A stretch of 64,000 nucleotides of DNA. Source: Longimicrobiales bacterium (GTDB lineage: Bacteria > Gemmatimonadota > Gemmatimonadetes > Longimicrobiales > Gaopeijiaceae). The notes beneath the pieces are model-generated. The model saw nothing but the letters and a program-made list of their open reading frames with translations, did not search any database and had not been told where the DNA came from. A program made the translations under genes and the position numbers. The stretch covers positions 2,304,001-2,368,000 of the forward strand of contig CBDBCF010000001.1 of assembly GCA_965202985.1 (NCBI GenBank). Direction: 5' to 3'. Positions 55,146-63,999 of the stretch are shown here, in pieces; the stretch's first letter is position 1, and each line of letters begins with the position of its first letter.

Positions 55146-55202
55146 GGACAGCTGGGCGTCCAAACCGGGACATCGCGACGGACATTTCAGGGGGTAGAAA
55201 TC
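55146..55202 (+). repeat. 57-bp island motif, copy 4
   Basis: GGACAG-ctgggcgtcc-AAACCGGGACA-tcgcgac-GGACATT-tcagggggta-GAAATC. Confidence 0.8.
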
Positions 55203-55213
55203 CGCCGACGGGT

Positions 55214-55235
55214 TGTCCGGCCAGCTCCCCGGACA
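55214..55235. terminator. Short stem-loop downstream of the S9 peptidase
   Basis: TGTCCGG-8 nt-CCGGACA between convergent genes; no U tract. Confidence 0.3.
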
Positions 55236-55245
55236 GGCGCCGCCC

Positions 55246-57303
55246 CTACCCGTCCGTGACCGACCCTCCCCGGCCGTGCTTCTTGAACCACTCGCGCAGG
55301 TAGATCTGCGTCCGCAGGAAGTTGGACGGCATCGAACTCGTCCCGTGCCACTCGTTCTTGAAGCGGATCATGGCGGTGGGGACCTTCAGGACGCGCAGTG
55401 CCTGGTAGTACTCCTCGGTCTGGGGCATCGGCGTGCGCAGGTCGCCTTCGCCGGTCATGAGCATGGTGGGCGTGGTCACGTTGCCCACGTACATGAGGGG
55501 CGAGCGGCGCAGGTGCTCGGAGGGGTCGTCCCAGGGGAACTTCTCGAAGTTGCGGTACCAGCTGGCGCCGTCGGTGGTGCCCACGAACGACAGCCAGTTG
55601 GTGACGGGGCAGTTGGCCGAAGCCGCCGCGAAGCGGTTCGTGTGGCCCACGACCCACGACGTCAGCACGCCGCCGCCCGAGCAGCCGTACACGAACAAGT
55701 TGTCTTCGTCGATGTAGCCTTGCTCGATCACCAGGTCCACGCCGGCCATCAGGTCGTCGAAGTCCTTGCCGGGGTAGGCGTTCTTGATCGAGTTGCCGAA
55801 GGCGCTGCCGTAGCCCGACGAGCCGCGAGGGTTGGTGTAGAGCACGACGTAGCCGTTGGCGGCGTGGTTCTGCCAAGCGAAGTTGAAGCCGACGTTGTAC
55901 ATGCCGTGGGGTCCGCCGTGGATCGCCAGGATCATCGGGTACTTGCGCGACGGATCGAAGTCCGGCGGCTTGATGATCCAGCCCTGGATGTCGAAGTCCT
56001 CGACCGACTTGTACCACACTTCCTCGACTTCGCCCAACGTCACGCCTTCGAGCACGTCGTCGTTGACGCGGGTCAGGCGCGCCATGTCGTTCGGGGCGTC
56101 CAGCGCAAACGTCACCACGTCGCCGGGGTTGTGGGAGTCGGTGAGCGTGCCGGCTGCCATGCCGCCTTCAATCGACGCGACCGAGAGCATGTGCGTGCCT
56201 TCGGTGACGGGCGTCACGCCGCCGTCCACCGAGGCGAAGTGCAAGTTGCTCGTGCCTTCGCTTCGCACGTTCATGTACAAGCCGCTGCCGTCCTCCGCCC
56301 AGACCAGCCCGGAAGGCTGCCGGTCGAACCCCTGGCTGATCATGCGCGAACCCGAGCCGTCGCGGTTCATGACGTAGAGCTTGCGCGTGATGTAGGTGTC
56401 GGTCGTCAGGTCGTTGCCGGTGTAGGCGATCAGCCGGCCGTCGGGCGAAGGCAGGGGCGAACCGTCGGGGCCGGAGCGGTCGGTCAGGCGTTCGACGGCG
56501 CCGGTCGCTACGCGCACCGAATAGATGTCCGACTGGCGCCACTCGTGTTCGGCGTCTTCGACCCGCAGCGACGTGAACAGGACCTCTTCGCCGTCGGGCG
56601 TCCAGGCCACGCCTTGGTGGTTCCAGTCGCCGTCCGTGAGCTGCCTGGCCGTGCCGCCCTCCGCCGGCACCACGAACAGGTGCGTGTAGCCCTCGTCCAC
56701 GTACCCGCGACGGTCGCGGCGGTACCACAGCCGGTCCACGACCTTGGGCGCGTCGGTCCACTTGGCCCCCTCGGGCCGCCCCGGCAGGGCCACGGGCCAC
56801 GGGTCGTCCGACGGCACCGTCATGGTGAAGGCGAGGCGCGTCCCGTCGGGAGACCACTCCACGTTGGACGGGCTCTTCTGCACGCGGGTGACTTGCGTGA
56901 CCAGGCCTTCGTCGTCCATCCAGCGCACGAAGATCTGGCTGCCGCCCGGTTCGCCCTCGGCCGTGAAGGCGATGCGCGTTCCGTCCGGCGACCACTGCGG
57001 CGAGGAGCCGTCAACCAGGAAGCGCTTCTTGCTCCCGTCGGCGTTCATGATCCAGATCGAAGACGCTCGCCGGTCGTTGATCTTGTCCACCAGCGTGCGC
57101 GTGTACAGGATTTCGCTGGCGTCCGGCGACAGCTGGGGGCTCCCCACCCACTCCCAGTCCAGGTAGGTCTCCAGCTTGAGGGTGCCGTCGGGCTCGTCCT
57201 GGGCGGCGGCGGGGGATGGGGCGGCCGTGGCGGCGGCGAGCGCTGCGAGGGCTGCGACGGCGACGATGGCGGGGCGAATCGGAAGGGGGCGATCTGCGGA
57301 CAT
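55246..57303 (-). CDS. S9 family peptidase (acylaminoacyl/dipeptidyl-peptidase-like), secreted
   Basis: Signal peptide, WSPDG (PD40) repeats, IHGGP, GCSGGG, GEGDLR, EWHG catalytic triad. Confidence 0.93.
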   Translation of the reverse strand: MSADRPLPIRPAIVAVAALAALAAATAAPSPAAAQDEPDGTLKLETYLDWEWVGSPQLSPDASEILYTRTLVDKINDRRASSIWIMNADGSKKRFLVDGSSPQWSPDGTRIAFTAEGEPGGSQIFVRWMDDEGLVTQVTRVQKSPSNVEWSPDGTRLAFTMTVPSDDPWPVALPGRPEGAKWTDAPKVVDRLWYRRDRRGYVDEGYTHLFVVPAEGGTARQLTDGDWNHQGVAWTPDGEEVLFTSLRVEDAEHEWRQSDIYSVRVATGAVERLTDRSGPDGSPLPSPDGRLIAYTGNDLTTDTYITRKLYVMNRDGSGSRMISQGFDRQPSGLVWAEDGSGLYMNVRSEGTSNLHFASVDGGVTPVTEGTHMLSVASIEGGMAAGTLTDSHNPGDVVTFALDAPNDMARLTRVNDDVLEGVTLGEVEEVWYKSVEDFDIQGWIIKPPDFDPSRKYPMILAIHGGPHGMYNVGFNFAWQNHAANGYVVLYTNPRGSSGYGSAFGNSIKNAYPGKDFDDLMAGVDLVIEQGYIDEDNLFVYGCSGGGVLTSWVVGHTNRFAAASANCPVTNWLSFVGTTDGASWYRNFEKFPWDDPSEHLRRSPLMYVGNVTTPTMLMTGEGDLRTPMPQTEEYYQALRVLKVPTAMIRFKNEWHGTSSMPSNFLRTQIYLREWFKKHGRGGSVTDG

Positions 57304-57479
57304 GGGGCCTCCAAGGCGTGCGAGTTGCGGAACCGGGCGGGAACGTACGGCGCGTGGCGGGAGGGGCGCAAGCGGGCGCGGCCTGGCGACAAGATCGGGC
57401 AGGGCGACACGCCCAAGCCGAGCGACAAGCCTAGGCCGAGCAGGCCCAGCCGGGCCGCCAGCCCGACGACCGTGAAGGC

Positions 57480-59087
57480 TCACATGCCCCACACGACGAC
57501 ATCGGTTCCGTTCTCGGACGTTCGCTCCCACCGAAAGACCTTCTCGTCCCAGCTGCGGCCTTCCCGGCGGTCGAAGACGATCAGGTGTCCAGCCTCCGCG
57601 CCGCACTTGTCCATGTAGCCCGCCGTCTGCTCCACGCCCTCCGCCACCGTTCGTTCCACGCCCTTGTGCAACACCTTGCACTCCGTCACGTACTTGCGCG
57701 GGACCTTGCCGGGCTGCGGCTGCGGGTCCGGGTCGCCGCTCTGCGGCCATTCGACGAGCAGGTCCGTGCGACCCCGGCCCAGTCCGTACTCCCGCTCGAT
57801 CCGCCCGCCGCTGTTCACGATCCGCTGCAAGAACGCCTGCAACAGCAGCTGCGGACCGGCTTCCTTGTACTGGAAGCGCTCCACCCAGTGCTCCGAGTGC
57901 TCGCGGAAGAAGCTTTGGAACGCCGACAGCAGTTTGTCCATCGCCAGACCCCCGTCGGCTTCCACGTACCAAGTCGGGTCCTGCGGAAGCTCGTCCTGCG
58001 CCACCCACGTCAGTTCCCGGGGCACGACCTCGGCGTAGATCGGATTGGCGATGCGAAGCGGCGCGTCCCAGGCCACCAATCCTAGGTCGCGGACGTACTC
58101 GATGTCCCGAGCCGACGAACGGGTACGGTCGGCCCCGGTCAGCAGCGGCTCCACCACCCGGCGCACGCGCTCCTCGCGCAACTTGTCCGCCAGCTGGTCC
58201 AGATGCGTTTCCCGGCGCGCGATCAGCGCCTCTTGGGCTGCCGCAATGTCGGATTTGGACACGGGTCGGGTTCGGTCTGCCGCCGCCCTACCCTCGATGC
58301 AAGCCTCGTAGGCCAGCGCGTTCACCAGCCACGGCTGGCCCACGCTTCGGCGCCACACTGCTTCCATAGCCTCTTCCGCGAACGGCTGGCCGGTCTCGTC
58401 GGTATGCTGGGCCAGCAAGGCGCGCACTTCGGCCTTGCAGAAGTCGTTTAGTCGGAGAGACCTGGCCTTGACGTTGAACGCGCTGCCGCCCGCGACGACG
58501 GCGTTGGCGGAGGCCGAGTGGATGCGGTAGTCGCGCACGTCGCGGACGCCGCAGAGGATCACGCTCTGGGGAAAGTCGGCGGGACGCAGGTCGTAGCCCG
58601 CGCGCAGCTGCCGCAACACCGACAGCAGCGCGTCGCCCACAAGGGAGTCGATCTCGTCGATCAGAAACACGAGCGGCTTCGGGTGCGACCGGCACCAGGT
58701 CGTCAGCGCTTCGGTCAGGGCGCTGGTGGGACCGTGCTTCGCAAGGATGCCGGGCCAGAGATCGTTCAGGCTGTCGTCGCCCAAAGTCAGGCGCGCCCTC
58801 CGCGCGATCTCGCTCAGCACGGTGCGCATCGCCTGCTCCACGTCTTCGCGGGCCGCTTGCGCACCCTCGACGTTGACGTAGAGGCAGCGGTGGCGCCCTT
58901 CGGCGTTCAGCAGGTCCCGCAACGCCAAGAGGGCCGATGTCTTGCCCGTCTGGCGCGGCGCGCAAAGCACGAAGTAGCGCTTTTCTAGGATCATGCGACG
59001 CACTTGGCCCAGGTCGATGCGATCGAGGGGCGGGATGTGATAGTGGTCCGCAGGCGCCACCGGGCCGGTCGTGTTGAAGAATCGCAT
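57480..59087 (-). CDS. AAA-like ATPase with C-terminal PD-(D/E)XK domain
   Basis: MRFFNTTGP, APRQTGKT, LIDEID, GSAFN, GQPWLVN; C-terminal REYGLGRGRTDL..TECK..Q...Y. Confidence 0.88.
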   Translation of the reverse strand: MRFFNTTGPVAPADHYHIPPLDRIDLGQVRRMILEKRYFVLCAPRQTGKTSALLALRDLLNAEGRHRCLYVNVEGAQAAREDVEQAMRTVLSEIARRARLTLGDDSLNDLWPGILAKHGPTSALTEALTTWCRSHPKPLVFLIDEIDSLVGDALLSVLRQLRAGYDLRPADFPQSVILCGVRDVRDYRIHSASANAVVAGGSAFNVKARSLRLNDFCKAEVRALLAQHTDETGQPFAEEAMEAVWRRSVGQPWLVNALAYEACIEGRAAADRTRPVSKSDIAAAQEALIARRETHLDQLADKLREERVRRVVEPLLTGADRTRSSARDIEYVRDLGLVAWDAPLRIANPIYAEVVPRELTWVAQDELPQDPTWYVEADGGLAMDKLLSAFQSFFREHSEHWVERFQYKEAGPQLLLQAFLQRIVNSGGRIEREYGLGRGRTDLLVEWPQSGDPDPQPQPGKVPRKYVTECKVLHKGVERTVAEGVEQTAGYMDKCGAEAGHLIVFDRREGRSWDEKVFRWERTSENGTDVVVWGM

Positions 59088-59149
59088 GGGGCAACTTGGC
59101 CGAGGGCTGGGCTGCGTTGCAAAAAGCGGGTCGCCGACTTCGATTGGCC

Positions 59150-61840
59150 TCAGTTGCCGAACGCTCGCCGGCGGAGCTGCCGTTCCAGGCGCTGGGCCGC
59201 GTAGCCCGCCAGCGGCTCCAGCAGGTCGGCCGCCAGGGCGGTTGCCGGGAGGTCGCCGCCGCGAGGGTTCAGGTCGTCCAGGAAGAAGGCGGCGGAGAAC
59301 CCCAGAGTGGGACCGGCGCCGGGCGACGTGCCGTTCTGTCCGGGGGTGGCGGACTCCAGCAGGCGCGTCGGCGGGACGCCCAGCACGCCCGCCTCGAGTG
59401 CCGACGCGACGGGACAGGCCGAGAACCAGTCGCGATGCAGGCGAGACGCTCGGCGGCCGGCTTCGGGGGGGACCACGAGCACGCCCAGCACCAGCACGGA
59501 TCCTTCCCGAGTCGCAGTCCGGTCGCGCAGGGGCACGGAGACGGCGGGAGTGCCCGTCTTGGCGAAGACGTACACGTCGTGGTCCTCGGCGCCGGGGACC
59601 GATCGGATCGCCGATTCGAAGCGCCGGACCGCCGGGACGATGCGGGCCGCTGTGCCGCCGGGGCCGGCCACCTGCTCCATGGCGTGGAGCACGCGACGAC
59701 GGGCGCCGGGGTGGAGCACGTCTTCCGGCAACGGTTCGGGCGCCTCGCGGGCGGTGCTGGAGCGGGGGTCCGCCACGATCCGGCCGCGCACGTCCCGGCC
59801 CGTCATCAGGCGCGCTGTGGCCTCGGCGAGCTGGAAGTTGCTCCAGCGCGAGTTCTCGCCGCCCAGCAGCAGGTTCACCCAGTCGCGGCGCAGCTCCTCG
59901 ATCGTGTTCAGCGCCAAGTTCGTGACCTGGGGCGACACGGCGGAGAAGCGAAGCGCCGTGTGCACCGGGTTGGCCGTGTCTCCGGCGGCCCGCAGCGTCT
60001 CGATCGGGCCGCGCCACAGGTCCAGCCGGTAGCGGCCGGCTCGGTAGGCGTCGTCCAGGCCGGCGGAGATGGCGGTCGAGGGCGTGCGGTCGCGGTAGAC
60101 GGCGCCGCCGGTCAGCCGCTCCAGGGGCAGAGCCGGGGCGAAGCGGTCGCCGACCAGGCGCAGGTCGCCGCATGTCCTGCCCGTGAAAGGGAGGTCGTCC
60201 GAGAGCACCAACCGGACCACTTGGTCGCAGAAGCGCACTTCGCGGCCGGGGGGCTCGGGGGCTGGGCTTGCCGAGTCGGCCTCGCCCGGACCGCTCGCAG
60301 GGCCTGCCGTGCCCGCTTCGCTCGCTTGGCTTGCCTCGCCAGTCGCACCTGCCGAGTCGGTCGCCTGCGCCGCGCCCACTGCGTCCGCTAAGCACTCGGC
60401 CAGTCCCCTGCCGCCCGCTCGGCACTCGGCCGCGTCCCCACCGCCGGCCGTGCTGGCCAACAACGCGACGGTGGCCACTTCCACCATGTACCGGTTGCAC
60501 GATGTGCGAAGGAACGCTTCCAGTCCCTCCCATCCGTCGTGTCCCGCGGACCCGTAGGGCACTGGCAGGGCGCACCCGAAGACGTCTTCGACGGGCGCGA
60601 CGGCGTGGGGCGAGATCTCCAGGTCCAGCAGAGCGGGGAAGGCGGTGGCGATCGACGCGGCCCAGAACGGCTTCAGCGCCGAGCCGCCGGGATGGAGGGC
60701 GAAGTTCTGGTTGCGCAGGTACCGGGAACGCAGGCGGCGGGCCAGGTGGCCGTAGTCGTCCAGGGTCGCTTCGCCGGGGCAAGTGGGCATCGCCAGCACG
60801 TCTCCGCCAAAGGCGTCCATCACCAGCGCCGACACGGCCCGAGGCCGACCGGGCAGGCGCTGCCGTTCGCACCAGCGGTCCACGACGGCCTGCGTCGCGG
60901 TCTCCAGGTCGCGGTCCAGGGTCAGCCGCACCTCCATGCGCGAGACGAGGCCGCCGTCTCGGGCCGAGGGCGTGGATTGCAGGCCGCCCTCCATCGCCTG
61001 GGCCAAGTCGCGCACGAAGGGCGTCAAGTGGGGGACCAGATGCCGTCTCTGGGCGCCGTTCCCCGGGGCCACGGCCGACACCAGGCCGGCCCGGTCCGAA
61101 CCGTCCACCAAGTATGTGAAGACCTGGCTCCGGTGCTCGAACTGCACCCAGTCTCCCGACTCCAGACGCGCGATGCGCCCCGGCGGCATGGCGAACCCGT
61201 TGAGCCGCAAGTGCGAAGGCGCGCCCACGTCGCGGCGGTCGGCCAGGACGGGTTCGTCGCCCACGAAGAACGCCTCCGCCAGCACCTCCGGGCTGCGCGG
61301 CGCCTGGAAGCGCAGGAACGCCGTGCGGGCCGAAGCCTCCCCCCGCGACAGGCTTGCCCGCTGGCTGCGTGTGGCGTCCAAGGCCTCCAAGGGGTGAACC
61401 ACGTTCAGGCGCTGATCCCGCCCGCCCCGGAAGGCAGCGCTTTGGCCGGCGCGCGCGAAGCGAACGGGCCCGGTCCAGCGGGGTACTCGGTTGTAGGGCA
61501 GGTCCACGCGGTGGTAGAAGGGGTCCACGCCCAGCAGGCGGCAGCCGTCCACCAGGAAGGGCGACCGGGCGGCGGACGGGTCGGCGTTGAAGCGGCGCAC
61601 GTCGGCGCGGAGGTAGCTGGAGCGGAAGAAGCGCTCGTCGGGGGTGCCGGGGGCCAGGCGGACGACGATGGAGTCACGGGCGCCGCAGCGCAGTTCCAGC
61701 CCGCCGTTGCCGACGATCGCGTTGGCTCGGCTGACGAAGCCTTCCGGCGCCCAGTATCCGGCCGGCTCTTCCTGAAGCGCCGCAACGACGATCAGGGCAG
61801 CCAGGCCAAGGGCGAGCCACCTCGCGGATCGCGTCGTCAT
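59150..61840 (-). CDS. Penicillin-binding transpeptidase-like protein with FHA-like domain
   Basis: N-terminal TM; LRLNG..LESGDWVQF (FHA-like); LTLDRDL; SxxK (GSALKP), SxN (SCN), KTG. Confidence 0.75.
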   Translation of the reverse strand: MTTRSARWLALGLAALIVVAALQEEPAGYWAPEGFVSRANAIVGNGGLELRCGARDSIVVRLAPGTPDERFFRSSYLRADVRRFNADPSAARSPFLVDGCRLLGVDPFYHRVDLPYNRVPRWTGPVRFARAGQSAAFRGGRDQRLNVVHPLEALDATRSQRASLSRGEASARTAFLRFQAPRSPEVLAEAFFVGDEPVLADRRDVGAPSHLRLNGFAMPPGRIARLESGDWVQFEHRSQVFTYLVDGSDRAGLVSAVAPGNGAQRRHLVPHLTPFVRDLAQAMEGGLQSTPSARDGGLVSRMEVRLTLDRDLETATQAVVDRWCERQRLPGRPRAVSALVMDAFGGDVLAMPTCPGEATLDDYGHLARRLRSRYLRNQNFALHPGGSALKPFWAASIATAFPALLDLEISPHAVAPVEDVFGCALPVPYGSAGHDGWEGLEAFLRTSCNRYMVEVATVALLASTAGGGDAAECRAGGRGLAECLADAVGAAQATDSAGATGEASQASEAGTAGPASGPGEADSASPAPEPPGREVRFCDQVVRLVLSDDLPFTGRTCGDLRLVGDRFAPALPLERLTGGAVYRDRTPSTAISAGLDDAYRAGRYRLDLWRGPIETLRAAGDTANPVHTALRFSAVSPQVTNLALNTIEELRRDWVNLLLGGENSRWSNFQLAEATARLMTGRDVRGRIVADPRSSTAREAPEPLPEDVLHPGARRRVLHAMEQVAGPGGTAARIVPAVRRFESAIRSVPGAEDHDVYVFAKTGTPAVSVPLRDRTATREGSVLVLGVLVVPPEAGRRASRLHRDWFSACPVASALEAGVLGVPPTRLLESATPGQNGTSPGAGPTLGFSAAFFLDDLNPRGGDLPATALAADLLEPLAGYAAQRLERQLRRRAFGN

Positions 61841-63999
61841 CGGGCGCTCCCAGGAGTCGAGGCGTCCGAGCCCTTGGCCTGCGCCTGCGCCATCGCCGCC
61901 GCCGCCAAGCCCAGCACAGCTAGCGCTTCAAGGGTGTCGCCCAGGGAATCGAGGCCCAGCAGGTAGACGTTCTTGCCCGTGAACAGCGCCCAGCCGTAGT
62001 TGGCGAAGACCATGTAGACGCCGGCCCCCGAGAAGGTGAGGAGGGCCGTGGCCGACACGAAGCGGGCGCTGCCGGACCAGCGGTCGGCGGGCAGCAGCGG
62101 GCGAAGGACCGCCGCGAGAAGGGCCAGGAGTCCCAACGTGCCCGGCGTTCCCCACTGGCTGGCCAGCAACCCCGTGACCACATGCTCTCGGGTGGCGGTC
62201 GTGCGTATCTGGGGCGACACGCGGCCTTCCAGGAAGCCCTGTCCCCACCAGTTGCCGCGCGTGTACGAACGCATCGTCTCGCGCATGACGGCCAGGGCCT
62301 CGCTCCGGCTCTCGCCGATCAGCCGGAGCGCGTCGGGATCGCCTCGCTCCAGAAGCAGGAGCTCGTTCCGGCTCCACTCCTCCAAGCCGGACCTGGGCCC
62401 CTCCATGTCGGGCAGAATCGGGCGAAACAGGTCGGGGAATGCTTGCGGCACGACGAACAAGAACAGCGGGAGCGCACCGGCCAGCGCCAGCTTGCGGTCG
62501 GCGCCTCTGGGCCGCGGCCGACCGGCGGGGGCGTCCTCGACGAGGGCGTTCGCGCCCAGGGCGTCCTCCGCCAGGGCGTTCGCACCCGGGCCGTCCTTCG
62601 CCGGGCTGTCCTCGGCCAGGGCATTCGCGCCCGGGGCGTCCACCGTCGGGCCGTCCTCCGCCGTGGCGTTCTCCAGTCCTTGGGCCCGCGCCCACCACGC
62701 GCCGACCAGCGCAAGCACAAGCAACGGGCCTGGAAGTGTCGTGAAGGCGATTCCGAAGTCGGAGATCGCGGCGCTGGTTCCCACGTAGGCCAGACCCAGA
62801 AAGGCGCACAGGTCGCCAAGCGACTTGACGGCGCGGCGACGGTGCTCGTCGGGTGCTGCCTTGGCGACCCGCCGGTCGTGGGCCGCTGTCAGCAATGCGA
62901 AGGCGAACAGCGAGACCGGCGTGTGCAGCACCGAGAGGCCGACGCGGGTGCCGCCCACGGCGATCTGCTCCCGAAAGCCCGCCACCTCCAGCGCGACTCT
63001 GCCCAGCAGAATCGCAAGTCCCGCCGCCGCTCCCGGCCACTGGGCGGCCCAGCGCCCTACCACCGTCGGGAGCGCCTTGCCGATCCGGCGCAGCCCAGCG
63101 ATACACCGAGCCCAGAGCCGAACCCGGCGGTCGAATGGCGTCAGAGCAAAGGCCGCCGCGCCGCCGACCGCGACCAGGAGGACCATCGACTTGGCGGGAC
63201 TGGCCGGGAAGAGGGCCGAAGCCAAGAAGATCAGCGCCGCCGCCAGCCCTGCCGTGGCGATGTCGCTGCTGTTCTCGGCGGCCCAGTGCCCAAACGCGGC
63301 CGTTTTCGCGATCGACGCCGCGCCGATGTCGTTCTTGCCGGTGCCGCCTGCGGCTGAGACCTCGCCTTCGCGCTTTCGGCCAAGAGCGCACACGAAGAAC
63401 GGCAGCGCCGGGATCAGCCACAGGCCGATCTGATGGCCTTCGTCCACGAAGGGGTAGCGCGCCATGGCGGACGTGGAGAGCAGCAGGCGGACCGCGGCGA
63501 TGCCCAGCGCGGCAAGAGCCACTCCCCTCGCGGCGCCGGTGGTTTCGATCAGCGCGAAGGGGACGGCCGCCAGGAGAAAGAGGGCGGCCAGCAACAGCAT
63601 GAACGACCACGAGGCCGCCAGCCCGTCGATCCGCAGGAGCAGCCCCCTCTCGCCGTCGCTCAAGGTGAAGGGGCGTCCGGTGTCCCAGCGGGCTTGGCCC
63701 GACGGCGCCAGCAGCTCGAACCATCCGGCGGACGGGGCGCTGGGGAAGCGCAAGACCGCCTGCCCGGCCGCCACGAAGACGTTGGAGGGCGACACGAAGG
63801 TCAGACCTGTCGGCCCCTCCGGCACGGCGCCGACGGCCAGCCGGATCGGATGAAGCCTGGCGTCGCCCGGCCGCCCCGAAGCGAACGTCGAGACGGCGCG
63901 GCTCGCCGGAGGCAGATCGATCGTTGCGATCGAACGAACTTCGGACCGAACGCCCTGCACGGTGACCCACTCCTCGTCCACGCGGACGCCGAAGCTGCC
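61837..63999 (-). CDS. FtsW/RodA/SpoVE-like (SEDS) membrane protein, 5'-partial
   Basis: Many TM helices; ISDFGIA, WWGQGF, LASQWG, FTGKNVYLL resemble SEDS C-terminal motifs. Stop overlaps the PBP start; frame is open to the window end. Confidence 0.62.
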   Translation of the reverse strand, partial: GSFGVRVDEEWVTVQGVRSEVRSIATIDLPPASRAVSTFASGRPGDARLHPIRLAVGAVPEGPTGLTFVSPSNVFVAAGQAVLRFPSAPSAGWFELLAPSGQARWDTGRPFTLSDGERGLLLRIDGLAASWSFMLLLAALFLLAAVPFALIETTGAARGVALAALGIAAVRLLLSTSAMARYPFVDEGHQIGLWLIPALPFFVCALGRKREGEVSAAGGTGKNDIGAASIAKTAAFGHWAAENSSDIATAGLAAALIFLASALFPASPAKSMVLLVAVGGAAAFALTPFDRRVRLWARCIAGLRRIGKALPTVVGRWAAQWPGAAAGLAILLGRVALEVAGFREQIAVGGTRVGLSVLHTPVSLFAFALLTAAHDRRVAKAAPDEHRRRAVKSLGDLCAFLGLAYVGTSAAISDFGIAFTTLPGPLLVLALVGAWWARAQGLENATAEDGPTVDAPGANALAEDSPAKDGPGANALAEDALGANALVEDAPAGRPRPRGADRKLALAGALPLFLFVVPQAFPDLFRPILPDMEGPRSGLEEWSRNELLLLERGDPDALRLIGESRSEALAVMRETMRSYTRGNWWGQGFLEGRVSPQIRTTATREHVVTGLLASQWGTPGTLGLLALLAAVLRPLLPADRWSGSARFVSATALLTFSGAGVYMVFANYGWALFTGKNVYLLGLDSLGDTLEALAVLGLAAAAMAQAQAKGSDASTPGSAR
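62531..62670 (-). repeat. Degenerate 30-bp coding tandem repeat (DAPGANALAE-like)
   Basis: Protein reads ED GPTVD APGANALAED SPAKD GPGANALAED ALGANALVED A. Confidence 0.75.

Noticed and set aside
28425..55202. 57-bp motif as CRISPR repeats, integron attC sites or a peptide remnant
   Set aside because: Copies are kilobases apart, lack dyad symmetry and GTTRRRY ends, and no cas or intI gene is present. The GGACA boxes fall in different frames and one copy has an in-frame stop, so conservation is at DNA level.
20800..55246. Prophage, ICE or tRNA-integrated element
   Set aside because: No integrase, structural, conjugation or tRNA genes, and no flanking att-like direct repeat detected by eye.
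59088..60872. Long N-terminal extension of the AAA ORF (57480-60872)
   Set aside because: Alternative frame overlapping the PBP gene; the family-typical start MRFFNTTGP is at 59087.
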